DNA of 59,587 bases, counting the filler, from Perkinsus olseni (Eukaryota): assembly GCA_013115125.1 (NCBI GenBank). It is 4 parts of 4 records of this genome, joined end to end, with 100 filler letters (N's around TTAATTAATTAA, not from the genome) between each part and the next. Parts side by side here need not be neighbours in the genome. Positions count along the whole stretch, not along the records: positions 29,875 to 44,681 come from JABANN010000722.1; positions 44,782 to 59,587 come from JABANN010000723.1; 2 more parts are not named here. The stretch is one strand, 5' to 3'. Below the pieces are notes generated by a model. The model searched no databases, was not told the DNA's origin, and saw only the letters and a program-made list of their open reading frames with translations. Positions within the stretch are counted from its first letter, which is position 1, and each line of letters begins with the position of its first letter. The translations under genes and the position numbers were made by a program. Below are positions 39,200 through 53,031 of this stretch, one piece after another.

Positions 39200-40550
39200 C
39201 CCCGACCTTCACCTTGGACATGTCCGAAGGCTCCCATGACAGTAGTGCGAGTCCGATACCGATACCCAACTCTAACAAATGCGGTGGTGGGAAGATACAG
39301 TGCCCAAGATGTTTTATTGTGAGAGGGAAACGGGCGCATGGAAGCCGTACTGAGTGCCCGTTTAAAACCTCTTAAGAGTCGTGTCTGGCCTCTCTAGTGA
39401 TGATTATCAACCGTGAAATATCAAATGATGCACTCAAACTACACCAGCTCCATCGAACATGACATACTTACATCAATTGCCTACCTGATCGACAGTCAAT
39501 GCCGTGTGTTAGGTTCAACCCGGGGTAGCGGACCCAGTAAGGATCGACATTCACACCTGTCATGCTTCCTCAAGGATGCCAACCGGACCGTCGTCACCTG
39601 TAGCTGACAAGGTGAAATACCGGGAGGTAGATATCCGTTAAGCATGATGCAGATACCGGCGGCACCGTTATGTGGGTTTAGTCCAGCAGTCCCTACCCCG
39701 TACTTGCCCTCGTGTCCACAGTGTAAAATGGTCACCGCTGTTCCCAACAGCTGATGACATTCTCTTTTCTTACCCGGAACACCCGTGTTACTTAAGGTGC
39801 CTCTCCCAGCAGTCCGGCTAGTTTGTCAACAGAGTGTGCAAGTTGCATAGACAATAGAGTCCGTTGTTTCGAGGATTGCGATCCCATTCTCCAGGCGCTT
39901 AATGCGGCACCTTTCGGTGAGATAAATTCCTAGAGGAAGACGCATGTTATTGCTTTCAGCCTCCCCAACTAAGTTGGGCTCTTACTGCGTGTCTTCTTCT
40001 TCGCCGAGCGCTCTGTGTGAGCAGTGCAGGTGGGGGACATTGCTGCCGGCCTGATCGACTCTCGTGTCACAGTGCTCCGAATCCGGCATCACCGTGGACT
40101 GCCCCTCCCACGGACCAAGTCCCCGCCGAAGGTGCTTTCCTTGCTCCGAGCCACGCCCCGGTGCTCATTTTTGGTCTCGCAGATGGGCAGCAATTCTTCT
40201 ATCTGAGCGACTCAAGAATTTATGAGTATCTCTTCATCAACGCTTCACCAGGGACACTCACGGTTGGCACGAGCCCGTCTACGACGTACCCGTGGTAGTA
40301 ATGTTCGGCATCGCGGTGAGGGGACGGAGAGTCGATGTAGGTTCATGGACAGCACCCAACCGGATAGCGCGACGATTGCTACGATGCGAGCTCGGACTGC
40401 AATATGCTTCAGGTGGGGGAAATGCTTCGAGACTACCTTCTCATTTCCGGAGACTGATTAATCTTCTTTCAGGGGCCGCTTTTATTGGCAATGACATGTA
40501 TATTCGAAATATCGTGATGCCATCGGCTCTAGCTGTACCTCTGAAGTGCT
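39200..40550 (+). CDS. Possible Cys-rich hypothetical protein (exon fragments only)
   Basis: Exon-like, GT/AG-bounded pieces such as NKCGGGKIQCPRC, LPSCPQCK and TECASCIDNRVRCFEDCDP; no recognisable family. Confidence 0.25.
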
Positions 40551-40684
40551 GTTGAGTGTTACGTTGGTGGCGAACCAGAGCTCGGCCGGCATATCTTCAG
40601 GGTCTCCGTCCTTGCTCTGCATGACAGAGTCTGGTACAGGAGGGGATCCCATTGGTTTGCTCGTCTGTTTCCCATTGTACCCAC

Positions 40685-43371
40685 ATGTCAGCGAGACCTC
40701 GGTCGATATGCATTATCGGCGCCGGTGCTGGAGGGCTAATCACGGCTCGAACAATTTTAAATCAGAAGTGGGCAGGGTACGTACCTTCGAACCGCCCTGA
40801 AAGTTGACTTGATGATGGTTCAGCCGAGTTGTGCTACTGGAAAAACGGTCGAATGTGGGTGGAGTGTGGGATTACGAGAGAAACGGCGGAACGAAGACAA
40901 GTGAGCCCGTTGAACTTGGTAGATGATTCGCGCGGGCACTATCCCGCTGACTGCTTTCGATAACGACTCGTACGGTAACTCACTCGTTCTTGACACTCGA
41001 TTGGGCCACTCACTGGATACTCTCTGCTACAGTGTTACGGGCGGACGTTGAAGAGCACGCAGTACCCTGGGGAAATTCCTGTGCGTCTGCGGACCTGAAG
41101 AGTTCAATACTCGTCTGAGTTCTCTTATGTTGCGTTAGGCGCGATGTATCACTCTTTACGGACCAATTTACCTAAGGAGGTCATGCAATTTCGAGATTTC
41201 CCATTCCCATCCGACCTGCCGTCGTTCATTCCAAGGGCAGCTGTTCAAAGGTGAGAGGAGGCGGTGACAACGTCTCTGTGCCAGAATCTCTCAGATACCT
41301 GGAGGACTTCGCCGATAGTGGTAAATTGAGAGAGTATATCAAGTTTAATGCAGAGGCCGTTAAGGTTGAGCGAATAGGTGAGGAGGTTTTCAAATCAGTT
41401 GATATTTTCGATGAGGAATTCGGATTCAGAACTATCTTCGTTGAGCCCTGTATTATCTCCGACTAATTGATCTCAGCAATAGTGTTCAGCTTATGAGCTG
41501 GTTGAGCGTCTAGACAGTGCAAGCTCATACCATGTCTCACCATGATGCCTGAGGAATTATGGCTCGCTTGATGCACTCTATAATTACGGTATGATTGGGT
41601 GACTGACAGCGCTGCCAGGTGATGGCCACTGGCGTGTGACGTGGAGAGAGCATCATCTACGAGACCTCAGCGGTGTCTATGACAGCTCATTTTTCTCGGA
41701 GGAATTTTCAGGCGTTTGTATTTGCAACGGTCACTTCAACGTTCCGCATATACCAGAAGAGTTCAGAGGGCTCCCGAATGTCGTACAACTGCTTCGGCCT
41801 GCTCGTTCCCTCGATACCTTTTTTTTGTGGAGGTTCATTCAAAAATGTACGATGGTCCTGAGCCGTTTGAGGGGCAAAACGTCTGTATTATTGGTACTGG
41901 GCCGAGTTCGGCTGATATAGCCTATGAAGTTGGTAGTATGGATACTCTATCCCCAATATTCCTCTAGGCCTACAAGATCAGGAATCGCCGTTTCAGTAGG
42001 TATGGTCGCAAAATCCATGACTGTAGTGGGACGTCATCATAAGGGCGAAGCTATGGTTTCCACAAGAGGTAGGCCCCTCGGAGGTTTCTCGTACCCCCGA
42101 GGGCTCATATTCTTGCGCGTAACCTATTCAAGTCATAGTGCTCCGTTACAGACAATATGCTCATTCATTGACAGGCACGCTTGTAAGAGGATTGGATCGA
42201 TCCGAGTTGCTGGGCTTTGATACGGTTCTTCTTTGCACAGGCTACGAGTACTACTTCCCATTTTTGGATGGTATCGAGACCGACGTTGGAGAGCATTTGT
42301 TGGAGCTCATGATGTGGCCCAATGATCCTACCTTGATCTTCATTGGGTTGCCGTCGGGAGTGGTAGTAGTGAGGAATTTGGGATCTTGCTAGCGTTGGGG
42401 GGGACAGTCCCCCGGGAACCAGTCGGAGGCCTCTCCAACGAAATTGACTGGCCTCCGTCAAATTAAGCTCGCGCCTCGATTTCGAGTATCTAGCCACACT
42501 CGAGCGAGCACTTTCTATGTTAGAGATCCCGACATCGCTGGAAACTGCTCTCAAGCAGTGCTCGGCGTTCTTCCGGACGTCGAAGCTGTTTTATTACATG
42601 AGATAGCGTTTGTGGGGATGATTTTGTGCAGAGTTTCGGCTAGACCTCTCGAGCATAGGCAGCCCAATAATTACAAGTCTATCGCGACACCGGATAGCGC
42701 TACGTGTTGCTGCTGTGATCGACTCAAGATACCATTCCCCCTGATGGAATTACAGGCGAAGGTTTATGCTCAATTCATGTCGGGCCGGCTATCGCGGGAG
42801 AGCCTGGGAGAATTCAGCTTAATTAATAAGGATAGTGTAATATGGGGGATGAAGCGGCAATATTCGCAGATGCTGTGCGAAGCTCTATGCGCATTTGAAC
42901 TGAGTTGAACGGTTGGGAACTAGTTACGTCATTCTCCAGGTTTTCAAAATGAATGTGATTTGCCCCGAGTTGGGCCTGCCTTCCCGAGCAGTATATTGGC
43001 GCCATCTGGTGGACCTTTTAGCCGGGGATGACTATCAAATCAATCTTAGACATTGGAGGATGTGTACTGAAATAAATAATGATGTGAGCCCGGAAGGGTC
43101 TACCACAGTGGTGGAGTGACGGATTCCTACCCTAGCAGGCTCGTCAGCAAGAGCCTCGTTGCATGGATTGACGCCTGGCGTCAGCCTGACGCGTTGGCCA
43201 TTTCATCATGATTACCCTAGTAGTTCAAGGTAGAATTCAATTCAGGTTTCCCAATACAGGCGTGACAAGTTGCCTTGGGACCCCCCAACGTATAGAGAAA
43301 TCCAATACCAAATCGAGATCAAAGGGGAAGAGTTAGTATGGTCTGCTATTAAGCCATCATCTCATCCGTGA
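40685..43371 (+). CDS. Flavin-containing monooxygenase (FMO), multi-exon
   Basis: ICIIGAGAGGL (FAD binding), LEKRSNVGGVW, MYHSLRTNLPKEVMQFRDFPF, CNGHFNVP, HSKMY, IIGTGPSSADI (NADPH binding), LCTGYEYYFPFL, PFPLMELQA. Confidence 0.93.
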
Positions 43372-43767
43372 TGATCATATTTGAATTGTTCAACTTGATG
43401 TTTCTGAGTCAACCGTGTTGCGTTGAGCAGGATGAGCCTACTAGGCTCATGTTGACTAGAGCTCCGAGGGGCCACGTTCGACGTCTCACTTTCAGGCAGA
43501 ATTTTACGTCCACCAAGAATCTTCGTTCTCGTCGGGGTGTCAGTTGCGCGGGCGGCGGTTGTAGTTTTCTGAATCAGAAATTTTGATTGTATCGAACTGA
43601 AGCTAAGGAGGGACGGTGGGACGCTATTGGAGTAAAGTGATTTATTGTGGTCGCTGGCAAAAGTCATTATCATATCTGTGACTAGAGGGCCCACGGGCTC
43701 ATGCTACGGAATCCGTAGGCTGAAGTCGTCATAACCATATGTAGTAGATTTGAGTAGCTCCCTCAAT

Positions 43768-44576
43768 ATGGGAAATCACCCTTCTGGCCGCACCCAAGGC
43801 CACACGGCTCGAGCGACGAGGCCGCGAAGTGAAGATGCGATTATGCAGAACAATAGAGCACAGCGGCACCCTCGCAGTGGAACTCCGCAGCAGCATCAGA
43901 GGCCAAGGTAAATAATATTCGATATCACCCCTATACTGCAGTTCAGCTGTATCTGCTCGGCGCTCGAGGTAGCCGTCATCGCTAAGCCTCGAGTCCGTGA
44001 CTCATCTCTCGTCTGTAGGGATACTAACAGCCTCTGTCAATGCCTGTAAATACATAACAGGTTGTAACAGAAGTTGTGAATTATTTCAGACCGAGCACGC
44101 CTTCCCTGCCCCGCCCTAGCGGAGATGTCGCCCAACCTCCGACCCATCATGGAGCTGATATCGGGCCTGCGGTTCCTGTGCAATCAACGTCACCGAGTAG
44201 TGCATCCGATAGGCCTAGAGTGCCTGTTATGTTCCGGTGGAATGGTGATGGCCATCGAGTGTCGTTGGTGGGCACCTTTAATAATTGGAGGACTCATCTA
44301 CCAATGGTTAGGAGCGGTCAGGAATTCTATCAGGTAGTGACTATTTGGCAGGCTGACTATGAGGGCTATTGGGCTATTTCCACAACTCTGATTTTTAAGT
44401 CGTTGCTTCTGGTTAGATTGTGGAGGTGCCTCGAGGTTTCCATCAATATGCCTTCGATGTCGACGGTGAGATGAAGTACGCGTCAGAGCAACCTGTCACT
44501 CATGAAGATGACGGTACTATACTGAATTACATCGATCTGACGAACTACCGGCCGTATGTGCCGCAGCCCTTGGGGG
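43768..44576 (+). CDS. PRKAB: AMPK/SNF1 beta subunit (MGN N-terminus + CBM48), 3' truncated by contig end
   Basis: MGNHPSG...; VPVMFRWNGDGHRVSLVGTFNNWRTHLPMVRSGQEFYQ|IVEVPRGFHQYAFDVDGEMKYASEQPVTHEDDGTILNYIDL. Confidence 0.88.
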
Positions 44577-44681
44577 TAGGTATGGACGTTCGGACTGCTA
44601 ACATACGCCCGCACGGTGGTACCAAAATTCAAAGTGCCCCGAGAGAAAAAGCCATTGAAGGGCATCACTTTAAATGTCTAC

Positions 44682-44781
44682 NNNNNNNNNNNNNNNNNNN
44701 NNNNNNNNNNNNNNNNNNNNNNNNNTTAATTAATTAANNNNNNNNNNNNNNNNNNNNNNNNNNNNNNNNNNNNNNNNNNNN
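44682..44781. other. Artificial contig linker
   Basis: N44-TTAATTAATTAA-N44. Confidence 0.99.
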
Positions 44782-45757
44782 CCCGAAAGGCCTTTGACCG
44801 ATCCGCGAGCCTATTGACCCGAAAAAGGGCGAGCTTTCTCCGTTCGCTGCGCAACCGCCGACGGCGAGTCGCCGTAGGCGACGTCGGGATGTGCCGACGA
44901 GCTGAAACGCAACGCAGGTCCGGTTCGCGTGATGTTCGGGCCATGATGTTCCCTGGGCGGAGGGTGGTGGGAAAAAAAGACTCGGCGAGAGCTGCCCGTC
45001 CACGAAGGGGAGCAGTGGATGACCGCTGTGCTAGACATTCATCCCTCTCAAAACGAGTTGAACACTTTCGGGGCCTTGCGGCCTTGGGACCTCTCGATAC
45101 GTAGTCTCCCAACAACCCGTGCAGGCTCGACTCGTACTGGTCTCGACCATCGGAGGAAACCATCGGGCGTACTGTATCCAATGGATCATACTCACGAATA
45201 GGGTTCTCCATGTGAGAGCATCAGCCGATGGAGAGAACCCTACTACACAGGGCAACGAAGTCACCGCGGGCGAGTATAACCGTGGCTTGATAGAAAGTGC
45301 AGATGATAGTATCATCATGATGCGATTCGCATTGCAATCAGTTGCGAAGCGAGCGGGGCTTGTTCTCTCACTTCACGATAACCTTGTCCGTGCATATGCA
45401 ATTGTCCCGTCCGATCCAGACTATATACGAGAAGGACTGTTAGGCTATCACTCAAGAGCTTCCGATCTGGAAATCTTGCCAAAAATACTTAAACCTTACG
45501 TACTCGACAAAACAATCAGCTACTGTGCAAAGTCCTCGACCCACGCGAGTCGAGTCAGATGCGACGTCGCTGCACCATCACCATACAACACATCGGCCAG
45601 GAATTATTTACGATGTTGGGGAGAGGCGAATAGTAAAACTGTATACCCATCTGATCGGTATTGGCGTTGAACACTATCTCATTCAACGATTCCAGTGTTC
45701 GTTTCATATAGCGTCTCCAGGAACGTTCGAACTGCAAGGCAGTCGAATCGAAGTTTG

Positions 45758-45758
45758 G

Positions 45759-45829
<71 letters not shown>
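45758..45829. repeat. (GTT)24 microsatellite
   Basis: Perfect trinucleotide run. Confidence 0.98.
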
Positions 45830-47190
45830 GCTCATAGTCAACTCAAGGCGAGTGTGAAGTCTTCTAATTTTTCAAGGTTACTCTCTCTAGGGGAATCAGC
45901 TATGAACGCCTACACATGACGATCGGCAGATAATGAGTACCAGTCAACGTCAAGCCAATTCTACTGCAGGTCAACTAGCGAGAAGACGCGATCAACGATG
46001 GGACCACCGAGGACCATCCAGGGATACTGGAGGGCCTAACGTAAATTTCAAGTTCCTCATTGCGAAATCGAAATTCGTATTGAATCGTCGTGACTCACGA
46101 CGGACCAAAAGCCCGGATTCGAAAGTTCCATCACGAAATTGAGAGTTTGACTCGACGTTCGAACTAGACATGCCCGCTTCAGGTTCGTAGATCCAACTTC
46201 GCTCACCTCCGCGAATTTGATGGTTCACGGATCGCTCAACAAACAAAGCCAAAACCCGTTCTCGAGCTGGTTTCCAAAACCGACTTTCAAAACTTTTTCT
46301 CGGAGACTCTGAGAACCAGTTGAGAGAACTTTCTCCCAACTTCGGCGACGTATGCCGCGGCTACTAAACCCTCCAGTCAGCCTCGGTCTAGAACGGTTAG
46401 TCAAGAGCAGTCGTTTTACTACCTATGATCGTTCACTCATTGCAGTTCTTATTCGATCACTCGGTGATTGCACATCTGCTGCTCATTACCGCATGAGGAA
46501 ATCTACACGTCGAGTTCGCCAAGTTCGTCAACCCAAACGGCTACACTGAGCAACCGCTGGCACCTCAGGCAGCGGTCTGAACGGCCACGAGCCTCGTCCA
46601 GGGGCGGGTAGAGGCGACTTTGAAAATACCGTGAAAATACCCTCAATTTCGCACAGTTTTCGACGAGAGACTCGCAGCTTTATAGCATTGTCGTAGTCCT
46701 CTTCCTACGCCACTCTGGCGGATCATTTCTGAGCGGTGGAAGAGAAGAGGTTCCGTGCAACCCACCGCCACCATTGATTGACCAAGTCAAGTCAAAAGTG
46801 CACGAAAAAAGACGATGTAAACGGTGGTAGAGCTCGTAGCGCTGACGGTGATGTCTCCCAGGCAGCGTATAGACGACGACGACGACGACGACGACCGAGT
46901 AAAGTTGAGGCAAATCAATTTTTATGCAAAGCTAAGATGATGATGATGGTTATCACAACGACAACGACGACGACGACGACAGCATTCAGTCATCAACGGC
47001 ATGTCTCCGATCTTTAGATAATCGTTCGGATCTTTCGTCTCGTTGCCGACGCCAGCAGAGCCGCTCATCCTGAACTCGCAATAGACCGTGAAATGGTACT
47101 GTAGAAGTCTCCCCAAGTGAAATCTACTACGACAAGAAGGAAAGGAACAAATGTAGCAACTGTTGTTTGAGTGGTGACACCAATGAGAAC

Positions 47191-49530
47191 TCAGAAGTCT
47201 CTAAAAGCATCTTCATATTCCGCACCGATGATACTTGGCGAAGAGTTCTCAGTAGACTCAGGATACCTGAACGATGACGACAGCCGCAGCGTGAAGAAAA
47301 TAAAGATTCTCTGTGCTCGAGCGGGGAATCTGGCCCACCTGTCGAACATGGAGGTATCATCAGGCCCTCGGACCTGGGGTATGAACGGCGCCGGTAACTC
47401 TCTATCGAAAGCAGCATCCCAATCAATACCCTTGAACCTGCACGACGCATGAGGTTCGTCAGCGCTGACGAAGGAATTACGGAAAAGGCGTGAAAAATTG
47501 CAGCAACTTTTGACTGATATTACACGGCAGAATTAAACTGATAGAAATGGTCGAGACAGAAGCTTGCCAAGGAGTGGATGGTACCATCACTCACCATTTG
47601 TGCCGTTTGATATCCTCAACGCCGTCCCTCAGACATCCGTACCGTTTGACCCTGTCGCGTGCCAGCAAATGCCTCACCAGATCCTTGGCCTTGCTATCAA
47701 AATGCTTAGGGAAGTCTATTCGACCTAATAAAATCTAACAAAACGAAATTACAGCGCACCCAGGTTCGAATCCCCCCACCTACCTTTTGGTATATTCCGA
47801 ACGGATTATCGTCGTAGAAGGGTGGGTACCCTGCAAGCATCTCGAAGATGAGGATACCGAGAGCCCACCAATCCACTGCCTTTCCGTGGCCTGCCAAAGG
47901 CACCATCAATCACACTCCCGACGAGGACCTTCACGCCCCGCCCAGCCCGCTCCGGAATGGCTACCCCGTAACATTCATATTAAAATTTAAGAACCCCGTC
48001 AAGAAAGCAAGCGTGCGATCGAAGACAAATGACGCCGCTCCGCTAGGCGGAACGGCCGTTCTTTAAGAGAGAATATAGAGAAAACAGAATGCGGCCCCAG
48101 GCCGAATAAATCCGCAGCTCCATCAGCGCCACTCGGTTCTGCTGAATTCGACCTTGGATGAGCTGCATCTCAGCTACATATGCCGTCTTGCAGAATGACC
48201 AGTGAAGAGCGCGCGCCCGAATGATCGATTTCACCTTTAGACTGAATTATCTCCGGTGCTAAATACTCCGGCGTTCCACATAAAGTCCAAGTTCGGTCTG
48301 TGACGACCTTCGCGAAACCAAAGTCAGTAATTTTAATGTGTCCTGAGAAGAGAAGAACCACCTGCTGATCGGGAATCTTCCACCTGCATGAAATGCAAGA
48401 GTCGACCTCAAGATACGCTTTGTTACTACCTTCAAAGTCTATTAGAAGATTCTCAGGCTTCAAGTCGCGATACACTACGTCCAAGCCTAACAGACGTGCG
48501 AGTCCGACGGGGAACGATATAATGGAAATGCGTGCAGTTCCGATCACAAATCCAGCTCCTCATCCTGTGACGATTCTCAGTTAACGCTCGTGAGACTGAA
48601 GGCCACGCTCACTCCAACCCTTCCGCTCAACACGAGGAACGAGATGACCGACAAGAAGGTGAGAAAATCGCGAGTTGTGAGCTCTCATGTAGCCCGAACT
48701 TAAACCCGTGTAGTGCCCAGTACCAGCCAGTCAGACACCAGTCAGCTCGACCGCAACAGGCGGCCATTCCTCGGCGATGATGATACGGCGACTCAGCGCT
48801 CCACCCACGCCTCACGAGGCCCGACTTACTGTGCATGTATTGAAATGCCAAGACAATTTCGGCTGCGTAAAACCTGGCCTCCTCGTTCGGCAATCGTCCC
48901 GCCTTTCGGAGATGCGAGAACAGCTCCCCACCATTCACATACTCCATCAGCATGAACAGTCTCTTGTCATCCCGAAAGGTAGTGAAACTGAATCCACAAT
49001 TCGATTTTTCGCGCGCCACGAAATTGTCACATCTCACAGATTAACGATGAACGGATGGCTGAGCTTCTCCAGTATTTCCCGTTCTGCCTTGACGTGCTCA
49101 ATCTAGATACAAAAAAACTTCGCGCGGCCCTCAAAAGACCATCCAACTACTACTTGCTTCAACCGTATCACTTCCGACTTCTTCAGTATTTTCAGCGCGA
49201 ACGGTGTGCGATCCTTGCAACCCTTTATCTTCACAACTCGCACTCGACCGAAAGTACCTCCCAGAGAACAGCCCTAGAAGGACACTTTTCCGATCGCCTT
49301 CTACCAGTGCCCACAGTCGCTCTCAAGTCGAAGTCTTCCAGACGGTATCGCGGCTTCCGAGATACCAAAGCACGCTGACGGGCCACACGGTCGATGTACT
49401 CTCGCTAACAGCAACGACACACTCGTCGTTCTCCCACTCAGACCCACGGACTCACGCGTTTAACACTGTGAGCTTCGTCGGTGCGGCAATCGTTCGAGAC
49501 AGCATCGGTATCTGCATGGGGCCGGCTGCG
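47191..49530 (-). CDS. PRKAC: cAMP-dependent protein kinase catalytic subunit, multi-exon; 5' exon(s) unresolved, possibly extending to ~50010
   Basis: [75 protein letters not shown]...[42 protein letters not shown]-terminal FRDF* (FxxF). Confidence 0.95.
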
Positions 49531-51885
49531 GCATGGCCCTCATATCCGAACGAAGGAGTTGAAGCCTTCACCGTGAAGGGAGTACAGCCATGCGGTTCTC
49601 GGTACTCGCCAACCCAATCCAGGCAAGCGAACGCACAAAACGACGACCGGGCAATTTTCAGGAATATTAGGAATTATATTCCCTAGGTTGCCATCAACCT
49701 TCCGTTAAACAACCACGCTCAGGCGAGCAACCTCTCGACGGTCCAACAAGGACGCGAACAAGATTTCGCACGTGGACTTCACAAGTCCTTCGCTAGGTCA
49801 AGCGTGCCCTCCCGAGTCGGGAGTCCCGACGGTGCAAGCTTCGATCAACTACCATCACCATACGGATATAACAACGATCAGCGATAGTCTGTTCGAAACT
49901 GATAGCGTACGCAGGAAGCTAGCACAAAGCAAACGCTCCGGTCGCCTACGTTCTCGTAACTCGGGAATTCGCCTGCAGTTCCATCCGACACTACCGTGCT
50001 GCGCTTCTCCCATGTCCGAATGATGCCTGTTTCGAAGATGGTTATGGTGTTCATTCTGATGATTATGATGATGATGACTCAAAGACACGAAGTTGGCCAA
50101 GGACCGGAGGACTGAAGCATGGTCAGCCTCCAGTGCACAGCAGCAGCAGCGGACTACCATCTGTCGTGCTGGTCGAATGGGATCGTTCTTGCCTTCGCGA
50201 CTTCTTGCCGAACATTCTCGCCGCCCCGCGATGCAAGAGGGGAGGGGGGAGGGCGGACAATTAAAAAACCACTCAAAGCTTGAACGGTGCTCACCCCTCT
50301 CTTTACCTACTCTCCAGGTATGCTGAGCTCGTACCGCAAAGACCTGCTATCTGCTCTTACACAGAACAGTAAAGCGGCACCCGATCGAACCCACCTCACG
50401 ACATTGGCAGAGGCAACTACCTCACCACGCAAAGGAAGCATGTAAACGCGCAACAGTCATAAAACGGACAGAAAACCTCAACCGTTGCCTTCCTCTCTGG
50501 TCCACAAAACATGCCACCCGAAAATATCAATCTCGGGCAGCGCTGCAAATAAACGGAAAGATGCTCGTCCCTGGACTTTTCTTCCGGGAATAAGTATCAT
50601 CGTCACCAAATTCAACCTAAAATTCCCAACGTGGAATCCAAACCACGTCACAATGAGCACCTTATGAATAGGATACTGTTTAACCTCGCTTCTATTCATC
50701 GGGCCCTCGGCGAGGTCGGCCGCTTCCATGCATTGGCTGTAGGTCTATAAGCGCACGGAACGATCACCGGGAGAATCTTTAGCAACCCAAATGAGCTTCA
50801 TAGGAAAGCACACCCGCTAAGTTGCGATTAACCTTACGGTATCCACACTCGGGCGAGGCCAACAACAGACCAACGTGGGCTATCAGCGCTCATCTTCAGA
50901 CGCGACCCGCAGTGCAAAGAGAGTTTCTCACTAATGATCGTCCAGATGAGAAGTCCCTCCCAGCCGCGCCGTGATTCCAGTGAGATCCGAGCCCCCATAA
51001 TAAGCACATTACAGGATTACGTATACGCCAAGGACCGAACACGATCATGATGCCACGACGGAGGAGGCGGAAGCTCCCTAGGTCGGATAGTTTTTGTGAT
51101 AAATGACCAATTCCAATCACCCGTCAAGCGCCACACGTTGAATCCGAGCAGCAGTTCAGCCATCCGTACCACAATTTTCCCTTCTCTCATCCGTGCCCCC
51201 AGCAAGCCCACGCCAACCCCCCATACGACCTGTTCAATAGCCGCATGACAGTCCTTGACATCCTGTTCTCGACTGTCCGTCTTCAACTGCCTTTTACACC
51301 GCCTAAGACCCGCAATAGATGAGCTCGCCGCGCCAGCCCTACTGCACAGTTATGTCCAAGTTCCGCTGAATCTCTTCAAGCAGCTCATTGCTAGGATCCG
51401 CTGTATATTTCTGACCACCATAAGAGCGAGCCTGGTCAACTTCATACCAACTTTTCCCCACATTATAACAGTTCATGTTCCGCCTCCGCCATTCCTCCCG
51501 TAACACAGGTATGGACTCGTGCTGAGGGCGAGGGACTCCCTCCAACGTCGCGAGCAGCAGAAGCGGTGCCCACCTGAAGGTGCCGGTCGTAGTCGTAGCG
51601 ATTGACGTGAAAATAGAAGGCCAATGAGGCACCCCCGATCATAAGAAAAACAAACGTCAACCCGAACTCAACGTAATCCACCACCAACGCAATACCGCGC
51701 CTGCCAAGCAGCAAGGACGCTAAGTCAACAGTACGAGAATGAAGTGCAAAATTACAATGAAACGTCGTTGTGAATCCAGAAGTGCGTCGATGGAAGCTTT
51801 CCTTATACATCGTGCTGTATATGGTACAATCGCCACGTGGCTCGGCACAAAGGGCGCCAATCTCAATCACCTCTCACAGCGCAAC

Positions 51886-53031
51886 CTAGAAGTCCCAATC
51901 ACCACCGCCATCCCCGCCGAACCACGAGCTTCCAAAATCATCAGTCATGCCCTGGTCATTATCATTGCCTGAGGGAAGAGCCGCTACTAGAATCAAAGCA
52001 GATGAGGAGCATTACTGAACCAAGAGGTGCCGTTGTCACCCTCTAGGCCCGTCGAGCCAGCTGTGCCGCTAGCATCCACAGAGGAGGCGTCCATGGACGA
52101 GGAAGGATCTGAGCATGGTTAAACATTGGACTGAACGAGACGCACTGGAAAGGATACAGCAAGGCGGCCTGGCTGTATTCTTTCCAAGGCCACGATGGCT
52201 CGCAGGTTTCTCACATGTGGCATACATACGGGAATGGCAAGCGAGAGGAGTTCATCTCAATTCCTGTTGCACCCTTCCTAGGTACGAACACGACCGCTGT
52301 GATGGACTTCAGGATTGTCCTCAGCTTCCTTTTTCCCGCTTCCTCTATTGTCCTTTTTTATCTAGGTTACCCGCTGACTCTAGGCACTGGTAGCGTAGAA
52401 GCGTCCCTAGCGGTACTCAGTAGAACCGCCACGGACACAGAAGCTCCACCAATCCCCACACGGTCTCTCCATATCAAAAGGCATTCCACACTCGCCAGGG
52501 CTCTCACTCTACACGACTATCGCTAATGGACCCGTGAATATCCCTTTGGGGTCCCTCTACTACCTTGATGATCATGATGTACCACCTCCATCGTCCTCGG
52601 ACCAAAGATACCGTCCATCAACCTCATGCCCATTCCCCAACCCAAGCCCGACGCCATGCCATCAGCGATGGCTCCAAGCAAACCTACCCAACGCTCTTAA
52701 CATATCACCGTCATCACGCTGATAACCACGTTACCTGGCCTGCCCCCTGCCGCTGGTCCAGGGACTTGACTTGTTTGATTTTGTGCAACCTGAGCAGGCT
52801 TAACCGACCCTTCTCCCAATACACGGGTGGACCTACCTGGCCGTCGCTAGTCTTGGTCACTGCTGCTGCTGCTTGTGCCTCGACTGCGTGCTGCTGCTGA
52901 TGATGATTTTTATGGCTTTTTCTACCGAAGCTGGGCTGGTTTCTAGCCCTGATCTCATTGGCCCTTCTCCCAGTAGCAGCACTTGTCCGAACGAGCAGTC
53001 GCTGATGCGTCCGAGGGAAGGTTAGAAACAT
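51886..53031 (-). CDS. Mix17/CHCHD2(DUF2076)-like protein without CHCH domain, five exons
   Basis: Phase-consistent GT-AG splicing gives MFLTFPRTHQRLLVRTS...GRP|GLLGAIADGMASGLGWGMGMRLMDGIFGPRTMEVVHHDHQ|DPSSS...WF|SNDNDQGMTDDFGSSWFGGDGGGDWDF*. Confidence 0.65.

Noticed and set aside
45525..45919. Poly-Leu and poly-Val ORFs resembling TM helices
   Set aside because: Translations of the (GTT)n microsatellite.
52405..52510. CX9C pattern (CGMPFDMERPC) downstream of the Mix17-like helix exon
   Set aside because: Out of phase with the upstream donor and lacks a second CX9C; probably intronic chance.
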